Below are positions 42,322 to 51,531 of a DNA stretch of 64,000 nucleotides, one piece after another. The stretch comes from Nitrosopumilus sp. Lineage in GTDB: Archaea > Thermoproteota > Nitrososphaeria > Nitrososphaerales > Nitrosopumilaceae. The notes under the pieces are model-generated. The model saw only the letters and a program-made list of their open reading frames with translations. It had not been told where the DNA came from and made no database searches. Location: NCBI GenBank assembly GCA_965207075.1, contig CBDBLO010000002.1, forward strand, positions 2,112,001 to 2,176,000. The letters are read 5' to 3'. Positions within the stretch are counted from its first letter, which is position 1, and the number at the start of each line of letters is the position of its first letter. The translations under genes and the position numbers were made by a program.

Positions 42322-43197
42322 CTATATATTGAGTCTGCGTAGTATGACTTTAGCAGCAATGGGCCGCAGGGTCCAGATTTTCGTGGTCAGTTTTTCCTTG
42401 TATGCGTCAAATACGGCGCGATTGCACGCTGTATCCGCGTGTTTTATGCGATTGTTGAGACATCTCAGATCCTTAATAGTAGACGTATTGTCGTTTGTGA
42501 TACTACACACCTCTTTGTCAAAGTCGTCACCGGTTCTATCAGCGTCAAAGTTGGTCGCATGTTCTAGCGACTCGTATATGCTGCCAAACGCCCTGGATTT
42601 GCTTATGCCTTGGGTACCATCCAAGTATCTGTCGAGTGATTTTTGCAGGTTGTGTATTTTCAAAGAGGATCCGGCACCGGCACCAAACACATATCGGATC
42701 TTTTCTAGCGCGTCAATGGCATGAACCTCGTCCAATACAACCCCCGCACGGCCCACACTGACAGCAACAGAGTCTGTTATCGAACCAGATGATCGTGGTG
42801 CATGAATCGTCACATGAGACGAATCCAAAGAACAGGTAGAAAATGCCACCCTGTTCATCACAAGGTTGCATGCCATAATCACGTGTCGCATAAACTCGTC
42901 ACCGTAATAATCATCAAGTATAGGGAGTCCTAACGACAACGGATCTGATACTGTAAGCCTGACACGGCAGTCACCATCGGGTTTTGTCAGTGAAATACAG
43001 TGCTGGTTCTTGAGTTGGATTTCGGCGCTGGTTTCCAATCCAGGAGCATCAGGTTGAGAGGGATCGTGTACATACAACAACTTCGATATAGTGTCATCAG
43101 ATGTAGATTCTCCTGAAAACTCAGTTGGTGGGGATTTGGCGCACATCTTGGACACAAATTTCAAGAATTTACTCATATGGACACACGTCAACCTCAT
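42322..43197 (-). CDS. Hypothetical protein, possible ApeA/HEPN-like
   Basis: Helical C-terminus with YESLE and LRCLNNRIKHA. Confidence 0.55.
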   Translation of the reverse strand: MRLTCVHMSKFLKFVSKMCAKSPPTEFSGESTSDDTISKLLYVHDPSQPDAPGLETSAEIQLKNQHCISLTKPDGDCRVRLTVSDPLSLGLPILDDYYGDEFMRHVIMACNLVMNRVAFSTCSLDSSHVTIHAPRSSGSITDSVAVSVGRAGVVLDEVHAIDALEKIRYVFGAGAGSSLKIHNLQKSLDRYLDGTQGISKSRAFGSIYESLEHATNFDADRTGDDFDKEVCSITNDNTSTIKDLRCLNNRIKHADTACNRAVFDAYKEKLTTKIWTLRPIAAKVILRRLNI

Positions 43198-43435
43198 GTT
43201 CTAGAGAACCCAGACATCACACGTGTTCATTTGAACTTTTATTTGAAAGTTGGGTTGATCTAGGCGCTATCTATGCAAATTTATCCTTCAATTTGCAAGT
43301 TGGATAACGCCCATTCATTCAAAACCTTAATTAATGGGATTACCGTACTATAACCAAGAGCTTAGAAATAATACCGTATTGGGACGGTTCCCTCTAGACC
43401 CGCTCCTATTGTAGCCTAGCGTGCCCCGAACCCGG

Positions 43436-44203
43436 TCATATGCTGCGCCGGTGCAGGTACAACGCGTAAATGACGATGGCGTGGGATGCGTTCCACAGCG
43501 GCCCCGACACGTCGCCAAACTCGTACGCGCCAAGCGTGTACGCATAGTTGTACGCCAGATCCCCGACCGTTCCGACCGCGATGCCGGCAAGCAGCGCCCG
43601 CCATGCCGGCGTCATGGCGGTGCCGACAAACACCGAAAACGCCACCAGGGTCAGCGCAAGAACCACCGAGGACGCGCCGACAAACACCAGGTTGTAGTAG
43701 AACAGGCCCGCCGGCGCATGGTCGACGCTGTGCAGGAACATTGCAGAGTATGCCAGCACGACCAGCGCCGGCACCGATGCCAGCATCCCCTTCTGCCGCA
43801 CGGTGAACCTATCTGCAAAGTACCTCACGTTGATCGTGACGTGGACTGCCAGCAACACATACGCGCAGAGAAAGAGTGTTTCGCCCACCCGTGCGAACTG
43901 CGCAAGCCCGTGCGCGTCGACAAAGTGGAAAAATATGACCTCGCCTGCAAAGACCGCCGCATACGACGCACCCAGTACGAGAAACGACCTGCCAAAGACC
44001 CTGGAGTTGCCGTAGTGCCTCGCCGTCACAAGGCAGAACGCCGCGACCGGCAGCGGGGCCAGCACGATTGACAGCCTGATCACCATGTCGTTGCCGCCGC
44101 CCGCGGCATGGTGCACCGCCGCCGCATGCAGCACAAACGATCCACACAGTATGGCAACCGGGACTAGCGCGTCCCTCCTTCCCACCGTCCTTGGCATCAT
44201 CAT
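43436..44203 (-). CDS. Multi-pass membrane protein (sensor-like)
   Basis: About 7 TM helices; overlaps the regulator gene upstream. Confidence 0.7.
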   Translation of the reverse strand: MMMPRTVGRRDALVPVAILCGSFVLHAAAVHHAAGGGNDMVIRLSIVLAPLPVAAFCLVTARHYGNSRVFGRSFLVLGASYAAVFAGEVIFFHFVDAHGLAQFARVGETLFLCAYVLLAVHVTINVRYFADRFTVRQKGMLASVPALVVLAYSAMFLHSVDHAPAGLFYYNLVFVGASSVVLALTLVAFSVFVGTAMTPAWRALLAGIAVGTVGDLAYNYAYTLGAYEFGDVSGPLWNASHAIVIYALYLHRRSI

Positions 44204-44832
44204 TTTGACTGCCTGGCCCTTGTCTGCACGATGGAGTTGAACGCAAAGCTCCTGCTCAGTATGGCGTCGTCAAGCCCGGCGCTCACGCTGATCCACGAGT
44301 CGCGCATGTCAAACGCCACCTTGCGCAGCGTGGCGGAGAACTCCTTGACGCTTCTGCCGTCCCTTGCCTCCGCACGGCCCGCCACGGCCAGCAGCCCGCC
44401 GTCCAGCAGGTCCCTTATCCTGCTGTAGGTGGACGCCTTTGGCAGCCCGGACGCCGCTATGACGTCCGGCACGGTCATGGGGCGCCTCATCATGTCGAGT
44501 ATGGCCCTTTTGGCCGGATCCCCGTATGACTCGAATACGTACCTTGTAACCGTATCGTGCGTGATGTTCAGCGTGGCGCCGCCGCCGCCCCTGCCCCCCT
44601 TCTCCAGGGACATGATCTTCCGAAACGCCTTGGATTCGACGTTGGCGGCGTGCCTGCCAAAGAACTTGCGCAGCACCAGGTCGAGCTTTGCAAAGTCACC
44701 GGCCGCCTCGCGCACGCCCAGTCCGTACATGCCCCGGACCTCCCTCTCGACGTTCCTGTAGGTCACCCTGCCCAGGTCCTCCTCCAGCACGCTTCGCACG
44801 CCGTCCGCGATTATGACGTCAAGCGGATTCAT
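44200..44832 (-). CDS. wHTH transcriptional regulator
   Basis: DPAKRAIL, LPKASTYSRIRDLLDGGLL. Confidence 0.75.
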   Translation of the reverse strand: MNPLDVIIADGVRSVLEEDLGRVTYRNVEREVRGMYGLGVREAAGDFAKLDLVLRKFFGRHAANVESKAFRKIMSLEKGGRGGGGATLNITHDTVTRYVFESYGDPAKRAILDMMRRPMTVPDVIAASGLPKASTYSRIRDLLDGGLLAVAGRAEARDGRSVKEFSATLRKVAFDMRDSWISVSAGLDDAILSRSFAFNSIVQTRARQSK

Positions 44833-44935
44833 ACAACAAGTCCCACCCCGGCGCTATAAAACATTGCGTGTGGAAATAGTCTACTATTTCCAATTTTTAA
44901 GAAACAGATAAATACAGACACGCCCCAGCTACCGC

Positions 44936-45187
44936 ATGAGATCGAAGACAGTCCTGATGGCGGGGGTGCTCGCGGTGTTCGTGGCGGGCATGGCCGCGGC
45001 GGCGACGGCGTACTCGTTTGACGGATCGGAGTCGCCGGACGCGTCAGTCCCCAGGTATTCAGAAACGTGCGCGCACGGCCACAACGGCTTTGACTGCAAG
45101 CCGCCAAACCATACAGCGGACATCGCCTCACTCGAGCAGAGGGTGACGCAGCTGGAGCAAGACGTGCAGAACCTGGGACGCAGGTGA
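44936..45187 (+). CDS. Small secreted protein
   Basis: Signal peptide, CAHGHNGFDC, coiled-coil end. Confidence 0.6.
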   Translation: MRSKTVLMAGVLAVFVAGMAAAATAYSFDGSESPDASVPRYSETCAHGHNGFDCKPPNHTADIASLEQRVTQLEQDVQNLGRR

Positions 45188-45792
45188 GTCCCACCCATTT
45201 TTCTATCAGCGTCTGTTGCGGGCCCCGGTGAAGGGCGCGCCGCGGCAAGGACGGTCGGGGGATGTCACCAAGCTCGCCGCCACAGGGCCCCAAAGGATCG
45301 GGCGGCCCAAGGCAGAGGCGGCAGGGGTGCCCGGCCTGCGGCCCCGTGTTTGCACGCGGGGGAAGCGGGATACCAAGCCTCCAACCGGCCGAAGCAGGGG
45401 GAGCACGGCAGCCACGCAAGCCTGAAATTGCCAGCCCCTTCCTGAGGCGGCCAAGATGCTGCGAGGCCTGTCATTAGGCCTGAGAGGGCCCTCGGCCGCG
45501 GCGCCCGGCGAGTATCGCAGAAAAGTAGCGCGATTGGCTCTCCTGCAGAGGCGCGGAGGCTGCGCGGCCTCCATGGCACGCCTGCCCGACAGCATCCATT
45601 ACGTGACTACCGGTTGATGGCAATCGGGCGCCTTGGATTGGCACCGGCGTTTTTCCCACCCCAGCAAGGGAGCCGCGCGCGTACCCAGGCCCCCTGAGGG
45701 CTCGCGCCCGCCGATCCGCATGCAGATTTCACAGGAGGGGGGCGGGTCCATACAGCCGCGCGACCGCAAGTCTTTTTAGCCCACTCCGCGAC

Positions 45793-47181
45793 GTGGTATC
45801 AACTGTGAATTACAACATACGCACGACGCTGGTGCTGGCATCTGCAATAGTCGCCGCGACAGCGGCCGCACTCTCCATGCCGCTTGATCCTACTGCTGCT
45901 GCTGCCGGAACGGCCGCCTACGCCCAGACCCAAGGGCTGACAGAGATAAAGATAGGGGCGCTGCTGGAGTTCGGTCCGAGCTACGACGACACCAGCAGCC
46001 TGAAATCCATGGAGCTGTCAATACAGGACATCAACAACGATCCCGTCATAAGCACAAAATACAACGTGACGCTCGTGACGCTGGACGTCACGGGCCTTAA
46101 CCCGACGGAGATCGAAGGGGTGGTTCAGAACGCAGTCCAGACCCAGGGAATAAACCACTTCGTGGGCCACTCCAGCTCGACTGTCGCGCCCGCCAAACGG
46201 GTGCTCGACGACGAGATACCCGACGCGGCCATTGTATCCTACGGGTCGTCGGCCCCGATAATCCCGCTTCCCGGCGTCGGCCCCGTCAACCTCGTGGTCA
46301 TAGACAGCCTGTTCAGGCTGATTCCAAACGACTCGCACCAGGCGGCGAGCGTGATCGACCTCGTACTGAACAAGGACGGCAAGACAAATGTCGTGATAGT
46401 CGTCCGCGAGTCGTGGCATCCGATCGTCAACTTCCTCATAGCTCCGGAGCTCGCCGACGCCTTTGAGCACCGGATACCGTACACGGAGGCCGAAAGGTTT
46501 GCCGATCCGGCCGAGGCCGTATCCAGCCATGCGTCAGTCGCGCAGACCGTCGACGGCATCGTGGGCCGCCTCGTAGCCGCCGAGGGCGCCGACAAGGTGG
46601 CGGTGATGTTCATAGGATTCCCGCTTGACTTTGAATACCACGTAAAGGGCGTGCTGTCGGCCGGCGACGGCCTCGCAAACCTACATGGCGTAAAGTGGTA
46701 CAGCACGGCCACCATCACGGGAGAGTCCGCCGCCGTACGCGACGCGGACGTGGCGGAGTTTGCAAAAAAGGTGGAGCTCTCCGGAACCCGCTACACCGTG
46801 CTTGACAACCCCGTCAACGCCGATCTCTGCAACACGCTGCTGCAGCAGGGGGTGATCTGCGACCGGTACGAGTACGGGCCGTTCGCCGCATACGACGCGA
46901 TACACCTCCTGGTAGACGCCATCGTAACGCGCGACGGGCTGGCAGACGGCAGCATACCGGGCGACGAGAGAACCGCCAGGGACCTGATACTCGACGTGTC
47001 TAGCGGCAGGGGATTCCACCACCTCGTGTACGAGGGAAGGGCCATAGGCGACGGCGCGCTGGGAGAATACACGCTCAACGCGGCAGGCGACCTTGAGACG
47101 CCCGTCACGTATACGGTGCTGAAATCCACCACGAACCCCGACAGCCCGTGGGTGCCCGCCAAGCCCATAATATGCCGCTAA
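45793..47181 (+). CDS. Type 1 periplasmic-binding (LivJ-like) protein
   Basis: Signal peptide, IKIGALL, VSYGSSAP, LFRLIPND, AYDA, GEYTLNAAGD. Confidence 0.82.
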   Translation: MVSTVNYNIRTTLVLASAIVAATAAALSMPLDPTAAAAGTAAYAQTQGLTEIKIGALLEFGPSYDDTSSLKSMELSIQDINNDPVISTKYNVTLVTLDVTGLNPTEIEGVVQNAVQTQGINHFVGHSSSTVAPAKRVLDDEIPDAAIVSYGSSAPIIPLPGVGPVNLVVIDSLFRLIPNDSHQAASVIDLVLNKDGKTNVVIVVRESWHPIVNFLIAPELADAFEHRIPYTEAERFADPAEAVSSHASVAQTVDGIVGRLVAAEGADKVAVMFIGFPLDFEYHVKGVLSAGDGLANLHGVKWYSTATITGESAAVRDADVAEFAKKVELSGTRYTVLDNPVNADLCNTLLQQGVICDRYEYGPFAAYDAIHLLVDAIVTRDGLADGSIPGDERTARDLILDVSSGRGFHHLVYEGRAIGDGALGEYTLNAAGDLETPVTYTVLKSTTNPDSPWVPAKPIICR

Positions 47182-47243
47182 AATCCACTATTGCTTGATG
47201 TAACATCAGGATGTTTTAAGTATCCCTTGCATGAACTCCCTCC

Positions 47244-48473
47244 ATGACCGCAATGGTGCTGGAGTGCCGCGAGTGCAAGAAGAGGTACGGCACGGAGTTC
47301 CGCTACGTGTGCGACGAGTGCTTTGGGCCGCTCGACGTGAGGTACGAGGGGCTGCCGAGGCTCGAGCCCGGGACGTTTGAGGGGCGCGAGCAGACATACT
47401 GGAGGTACAGGGAGCTGCTGCCCGTCGAGGACGCGTCAAACATCATAAGCATAGGGGCCGGCATGACCCCGCTGATCAAGGCCGACGCGCTGGCCGAGCG
47501 GCTGGGCCTCAGGAACGTCTACATCAAGAACGACTCGGTGAATCCGACGTTCTCCTTCAAGGACAGGCCGGCCGGGGTCGCGGTCTCAAAGGCAAAAGAG
47601 TTCGGGATGTCCAGGGTCGGGTGCGCCTCGACTGGCAACCTGGCGTCTGCGACTGCCGCGCACGCGGCAAGGGGCGGCATGCCGTGCCACATATTCGCGC
47701 CAAGCAACATAGAGATGGCAAAGATCGCCCAGGCGCTCTCCTACGGGGCCGACTACATATCGGTGGACGGCACGTACGACGACGCGAACAGGATAGCGGC
47801 CCAGGCCGGGGACAGGCTGGGCATCGGCGTGGTCAACATCAACATGAGATCATACTACGTGGAGGGCTCAAAGACCCTGGCATACGAGGTAGCCGAGCAG
47901 CTGGGCTGGCGCGTGCCGGACAACCTTGTGGTGCCGGTCGGAAGCGGGGCCATGCTCAACGCCATATGCAAGGGGTTCGAGGAGCTGGAGTCCGCGTCGC
48001 TCGTGCCGGGCGGGGGCGTGCGGGGCATGAGGGTGCACGCGGCCCAGCCGACTGGGTGCGCGCCCGTGGTGGACGCGTTTGCAAACAACCAGGATGCAGT
48101 CGTGCCAGTCGAGTCCCCCGACACCATAGCAAAGAGCCTGGCGATAGGCGACCCGGGCGACGGCAGGTACGTCCTCAAGCGGCTAAGGCAGTACGACGGC
48201 ACGGCTGTGGAGACGTCAGACAGCGAGATCATAGACGCCATACTGCTCCTTGCAAAGACCGAGGGCATATTCACGGAGCCGGCCGGCGGGGTTGCAGTCG
48301 CCACGCTGCAGAAGATGGCGGAGCAAAAAATGATTGATCCCGGCGACTCCGTGGTGTGCTATGTGACCGGCAACGGGCTCAAGGCGACGGAGGCCGTGAT
48401 GAGGTCGCTCAAGAAACCGGAGACCGTAAAGGCCGACGCGCAGGCCATAATAGCGGAGGTCGCAGGCAGGTAA
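47244..48473 (+). CDS. thrC: Threonine synthase
   Basis: N-terminal Zn ribbon, NPTFSFKDR, ASTGN, PVGSG, TGNGLK. Confidence 0.9.
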   Translation: MTAMVLECRECKKRYGTEFRYVCDECFGPLDVRYEGLPRLEPGTFEGREQTYWRYRELLPVEDASNIISIGAGMTPLIKADALAERLGLRNVYIKNDSVNPTFSFKDRPAGVAVSKAKEFGMSRVGCASTGNLASATAAHAARGGMPCHIFAPSNIEMAKIAQALSYGADYISVDGTYDDANRIAAQAGDRLGIGVVNINMRSYYVEGSKTLAYEVAEQLGWRVPDNLVVPVGSGAMLNAICKGFEELESASLVPGGGVRGMRVHAAQPTGCAPVVDAFANNQDAVVPVESPDTIAKSLAIGDPGDGRYVLKRLRQYDGTAVETSDSEIIDAILLLAKTEGIFTEPAGGVAVATLQKMAEQKMIDPGDSVVCYVTGNGLKATEAVMRSLKKPETVKADAQAIIAEVAGR

Positions 48474-49936
48474 TGGCGCCAGAGCCTGCGGGAGGGGCGG
48501 CTGCCATAACGTTCGTGGTACCGTCCGTGCTGAACCCCGGCGGGGGCGGCGAGCAGAGGATCGACATGGATGTAACGTCGCTTGCCGACGCGTTTGCAAG
48601 GGCAGTCGAGGCCAAGGGCCCCGACTTTGCAAGGCGCGTCATGGAGCCGGACGGCAGGACGCCGCGGCAGCTGATCAACGTGTACATCAACGGCAAGAAC
48701 GCAAAGTTCTCCGGCGGCATGGATGCCAAGCTCGGGGACGGGGACGAGGTGTATATACTGCCGGCCGTCGCTGGGGGCAGCGGCGGCGGCACCGAGAATG
48801 GCAGTAGCAGCAGCGCCGCGGCCGCGCAGGCGACCATATCAGAGGGGCTGACCCCGCGGGAGCTGGAGCGCTTCTCGCGCCAGGTGATGCTCGAGGAGAT
48901 AGGATACAACGGGCAGATAAAGCTGAGGCAGGCCAAGATATGCATAGTCGGATCCGGCGGGCTCGGGAACCCCATCGCCACCAGGCTGGCCGCCATGGGC
49001 GCGGGGGCGCTCAGGATAATCGACCGCGACACGATAGAGCTGACAAACCTGCACAGGCAGACCTTGTTTGACGAGGACGACGTGGGGCAGGTAAAGGTGG
49101 AGGTAGCCGCGCGCAAGCTGCGCAAGCTGGCCCCCCACTGCGAGATCGAGCCGGTCCCCATGTCGGTGGGCGCGGCCAACGCGGCCGATGCCGTGGCGGG
49201 GTGCGACGTGGTCGTCGACGCGCTCGACAGCGTGGAGGCCAGGTACGCGCTCAACGCGGCGTGCGTCAGGCTGGGCATACCGTTCGTTACGGGGGCGGCA
49301 GTAGGCGTCTCGGGGCAGGCATTCACCGTCATGCCCGGAAGCTCGGCGTGCTACCACTGCGTCTTTCCCGGCCTGGACGAGGACTCGATGCCGACCTGCA
49401 GCGTGGAGGGGGTCCACCCGTCGATACTCTCGATTGTCGGCGGAATAGAGGTGGCAGAGGCAGTCAATGTAATTTTGGGCAGGAAGCCGTCGCTCTCAGA
49501 GCGGATACTGCACGTAGACCTGGAGGAGATGGAGTTCCACAAGACCCGGACGTTCAGGGCGCCGGAGTGCCCCGTGTGCGGCGTCGGTGGCGGCAGCGAC
49601 ACCGGGAAAACGGATCCCGGGACATTGGAGCAGCAGCAGCAGAAAAAAGATCCCGACGGCCTCGTACTCGAGGAGCTGTGCGGCCGCAACAGGGGCAAGC
49701 GCACGTTTGCGATAACGCCCCCCGCCGCGCTCGACGTGGACCTTGGCGCCATATCCGACGCGGCGCGCCAAAAAGGATTCACCGTGGAGAACCAGGGGGA
49801 CCTGGGGCTGTCACTGCGCACAGACGAGCTGTCCGTCAGCATAATGAAGAAGGGCTCGGCCGTCGTGGTCGGGACAGAGGACGAGGCGGGGGCCGCCAAG
49901 CTGTACAACGAGCTGCTCGGACGCGGTAGCCGGTAG
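48473..49936 (+). CDS. Ubiquitin-like MoaD/ThiS domain fused to a MoeB/ThiF E1 adenylyltransferase
   Basis: LPAVAGG, then RFSRQ, GSGGLG, NLHRQ, CYHC, CPVC. Confidence 0.9.
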   Translation: MAPEPAGGAAAITFVVPSVLNPGGGGEQRIDMDVTSLADAFARAVEAKGPDFARRVMEPDGRTPRQLINVYINGKNAKFSGGMDAKLGDGDEVYILPAVAGGSGGGTENGSSSSAAAAQATISEGLTPRELERFSRQVMLEEIGYNGQIKLRQAKICIVGSGGLGNPIATRLAAMGAGALRIIDRDTIELTNLHRQTLFDEDDVGQVKVEVAARKLRKLAPHCEIEPVPMSVGAANAADAVAGCDVVVDALDSVEARYALNAACVRLGIPFVTGAAVGVSGQAFTVMPGSSACYHCVFPGLDEDSMPTCSVEGVHPSILSIVGGIEVAEAVNVILGRKPSLSERILHVDLEEMEFHKTRTFRAPECPVCGVGGGSDTGKTDPGTLEQQQQKKDPDGLVLEELCGRNRGKRTFAITPPAALDVDLGAISDAARQKGFTVENQGDLGLSLRTDELSVSIMKKGSAVVVGTEDEAGAAKLYNELLGRGSR

Positions 49937-50005
49937 GGGCCGGCAGGGGCCGCGGCCGGCGCGCGCCGCGGGCACCACACGAAGTACGAGTCCACGCCGC
50001 GCGCG

Positions 50006-50776
50006 TCACAGCAAAAACTCCGCCGCGTTCCTGCCCTCCTCGGTAAGCGAGACCCACCTGGTCCTGCCTACCTTCTCCACGTGCAGAAAGTTCCACTCGT
50101 CGGTGAGCGGCTCCACGATGTTCTTTGCCAGGCTCGCAAACCTAGCCGACTCCCTGTTCTCCTCGCGCGAGTTGACCGTGATTATCCCGAGCTCCTCGGC
50201 CCTCTCGGCCATCTCGCCCTTCCTTATGCGCCCCCCCTCGGCCTTACTGACTATCGCAAGGGCCCTTACGAGCTCCTGCCGCGGCGTCTGTATCCTGTAC
50301 TTGGGAAGCGTGGTGATGGACTTGAGGCCGCTGGACATCTGCTCGGGCGCCCGCCCCGGGGACTCGGCGGCCGACGACGTGTACCCCTCCGGCTCCGCAT
50401 AGTACGGCGTGATGCTCGCCGTGTCGTTCCACATCATGCACGCCATCATGCACGCTATGGACTGTATCTTGGAGCCGGACGACACGTTTACGTATATGTC
50501 GTTGCCGCCCCCCTCCTCCGCTATTATCCCCCTTACGGCCTTTAGCATGCCAAAGAGGTTCTTCCGATCGGCGTACTCGGCCCTGACCTCTATCCCCTCC
50601 CCCCCGAGGCGCTCCCTGATCTCGGCCTCGAAGGGCTCCGCCTTGTCCTCGGAGCGGTTGCTGTGCACGAGCAGCCACACCGCGTCGGCCCTCAGGCGTA
50701 TGGCGGGCAGCACTATCCTGTCGACCTCGAACCCCAGCGGGGCTATGTGCACCCGCAGCTTTGACTCTGTCTCCAT
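50006..50776 (-). CDS. HFX_2341/DUF6293-type (CARF-like plus wHTH) regulator
   Basis: RVHIAPLGFEVDRI, YVNVSSGSK, C-terminal LTEEG wHTH. Confidence 0.8.
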   Translation of the reverse strand: METESKLRVHIAPLGFEVDRIVLPAIRLRADAVWLLVHSNRSEDKAEPFEAEIRERLGGEGIEVRAEYADRKNLFGMLKAVRGIIAEEGGGNDIYVNVSSGSKIQSIACMMACMMWNDTASITPYYAEPEGYTSSAAESPGRAPEQMSSGLKSITTLPKYRIQTPRQELVRALAIVSKAEGGRIRKGEMAERAEELGIITVNSREENRESARFASLAKNIVEPLTDEWNFLHVEKVGRTRWVSLTEEGRNAAEFLL

Positions 50777-50925
50777 ACTGTGCAGGCTGTGCACAGCATG
50801 GACAATTTAAAGCCAGGCGGCGCGCCGCCGGCTACGCGGCGCCGTCAAAAATGAACATTTTTTACTCCCGGACGGCGGCGCGTTTTAGAAGGTTTATAAG
50901 CGAAATTGAGGTATCAGACTTGAGG

Positions 50926-51531
50926 ATGTCAGAGACCATAAAGCGCAGATCTGACGGCTTATCACGCAGGGACTTTTTGAAGCTTATAGGGGCGGCGGGG
51001 ACCGGGCTCGCGTTCGCTCCGTTCGTGCCGTTTGGCAACTTTATGCCCAACCCCAACCAGGCCTCACTCGAGAGGGTGCCGGCCATGCTGCCGGACGGCA
51101 CCCAGGCCAACATCAACACGTTCCCGGTGAACCACTCGGAGGTGATCACGTACCCGGCCACCGGCGACCCGGCCCTGGACGCGGAGGCGTTCCGCAAGTG
51201 GCAGCTCATAAGGCTGCCGGCCGAGATGGGCGGCGAGGCCGGCGACGTCTCGGCGCTGCGGGCGTTCAGCATGATATGCCTGCACCTGTGGTGCCTCTGG
51301 AAGTACTGGCCCGACGACGGCAGGAAGAGGGGCGAGTGCCCGTGCCACGGCAGCATGTACGACGCGTCGACCGGCATAGCGTACATAGGGCCCGCCTCCG
51401 TGCAGGCCTCGCCGTCAAACACGCTGCCAAAGCTGACGCTGGACCTGGACGCCGACGGGCTAGTGTACATACTTCCCCCCACGTTTACCGCCAACGAGAA
51501 CGGAGTAGTAGGATATGGCCGCTTCGCCTGA
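50926..51531 (+). CDS. Rieske 2Fe-2S protein (Tat-exported)
   Basis: SRRDFLK, CLHLWC, CPCHGSMY. Confidence 0.93.
   Translation: MSETIKRRSDGLSRRDFLKLIGAAGTGLAFAPFVPFGNFMPNPNQASLERVPAMLPDGTQANINTFPVNHSEVITYPATGDPALDAEAFRKWQLIRLPAEMGGEAGDVSALRAFSMICLHLWCLWKYWPDDGRKRGECPCHGSMYDASTGIAYIGPASVQASPSNTLPKLTLDLDADGLVYILPPTFTANENGVVGYGRFA

Larger units (their letters stand above)
17154..43409. mobile_element. tRNA-Lys-integrated genomic island (~26 kb) with defence cargo
   Basis: TCCCTCTAGACCCGCT at 17154-17169 is repeated at 43389-43404 (21 bp with one mismatch); integrase next to the tRNA; interior visibly more AT-rich than the flanks. Confidence 0.9.

Noticed and set aside
17338-43409. Provirus
   Set aside because: No recognisable capsid, packaging ATPase, terminase or replication genes
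50006-50776. CARF-like gene as evidence of type III CRISPR or cyclic-nucleotide signalling
   Set aside because: Stand-alone regulator family in a housekeeping context with no cyclase nearby
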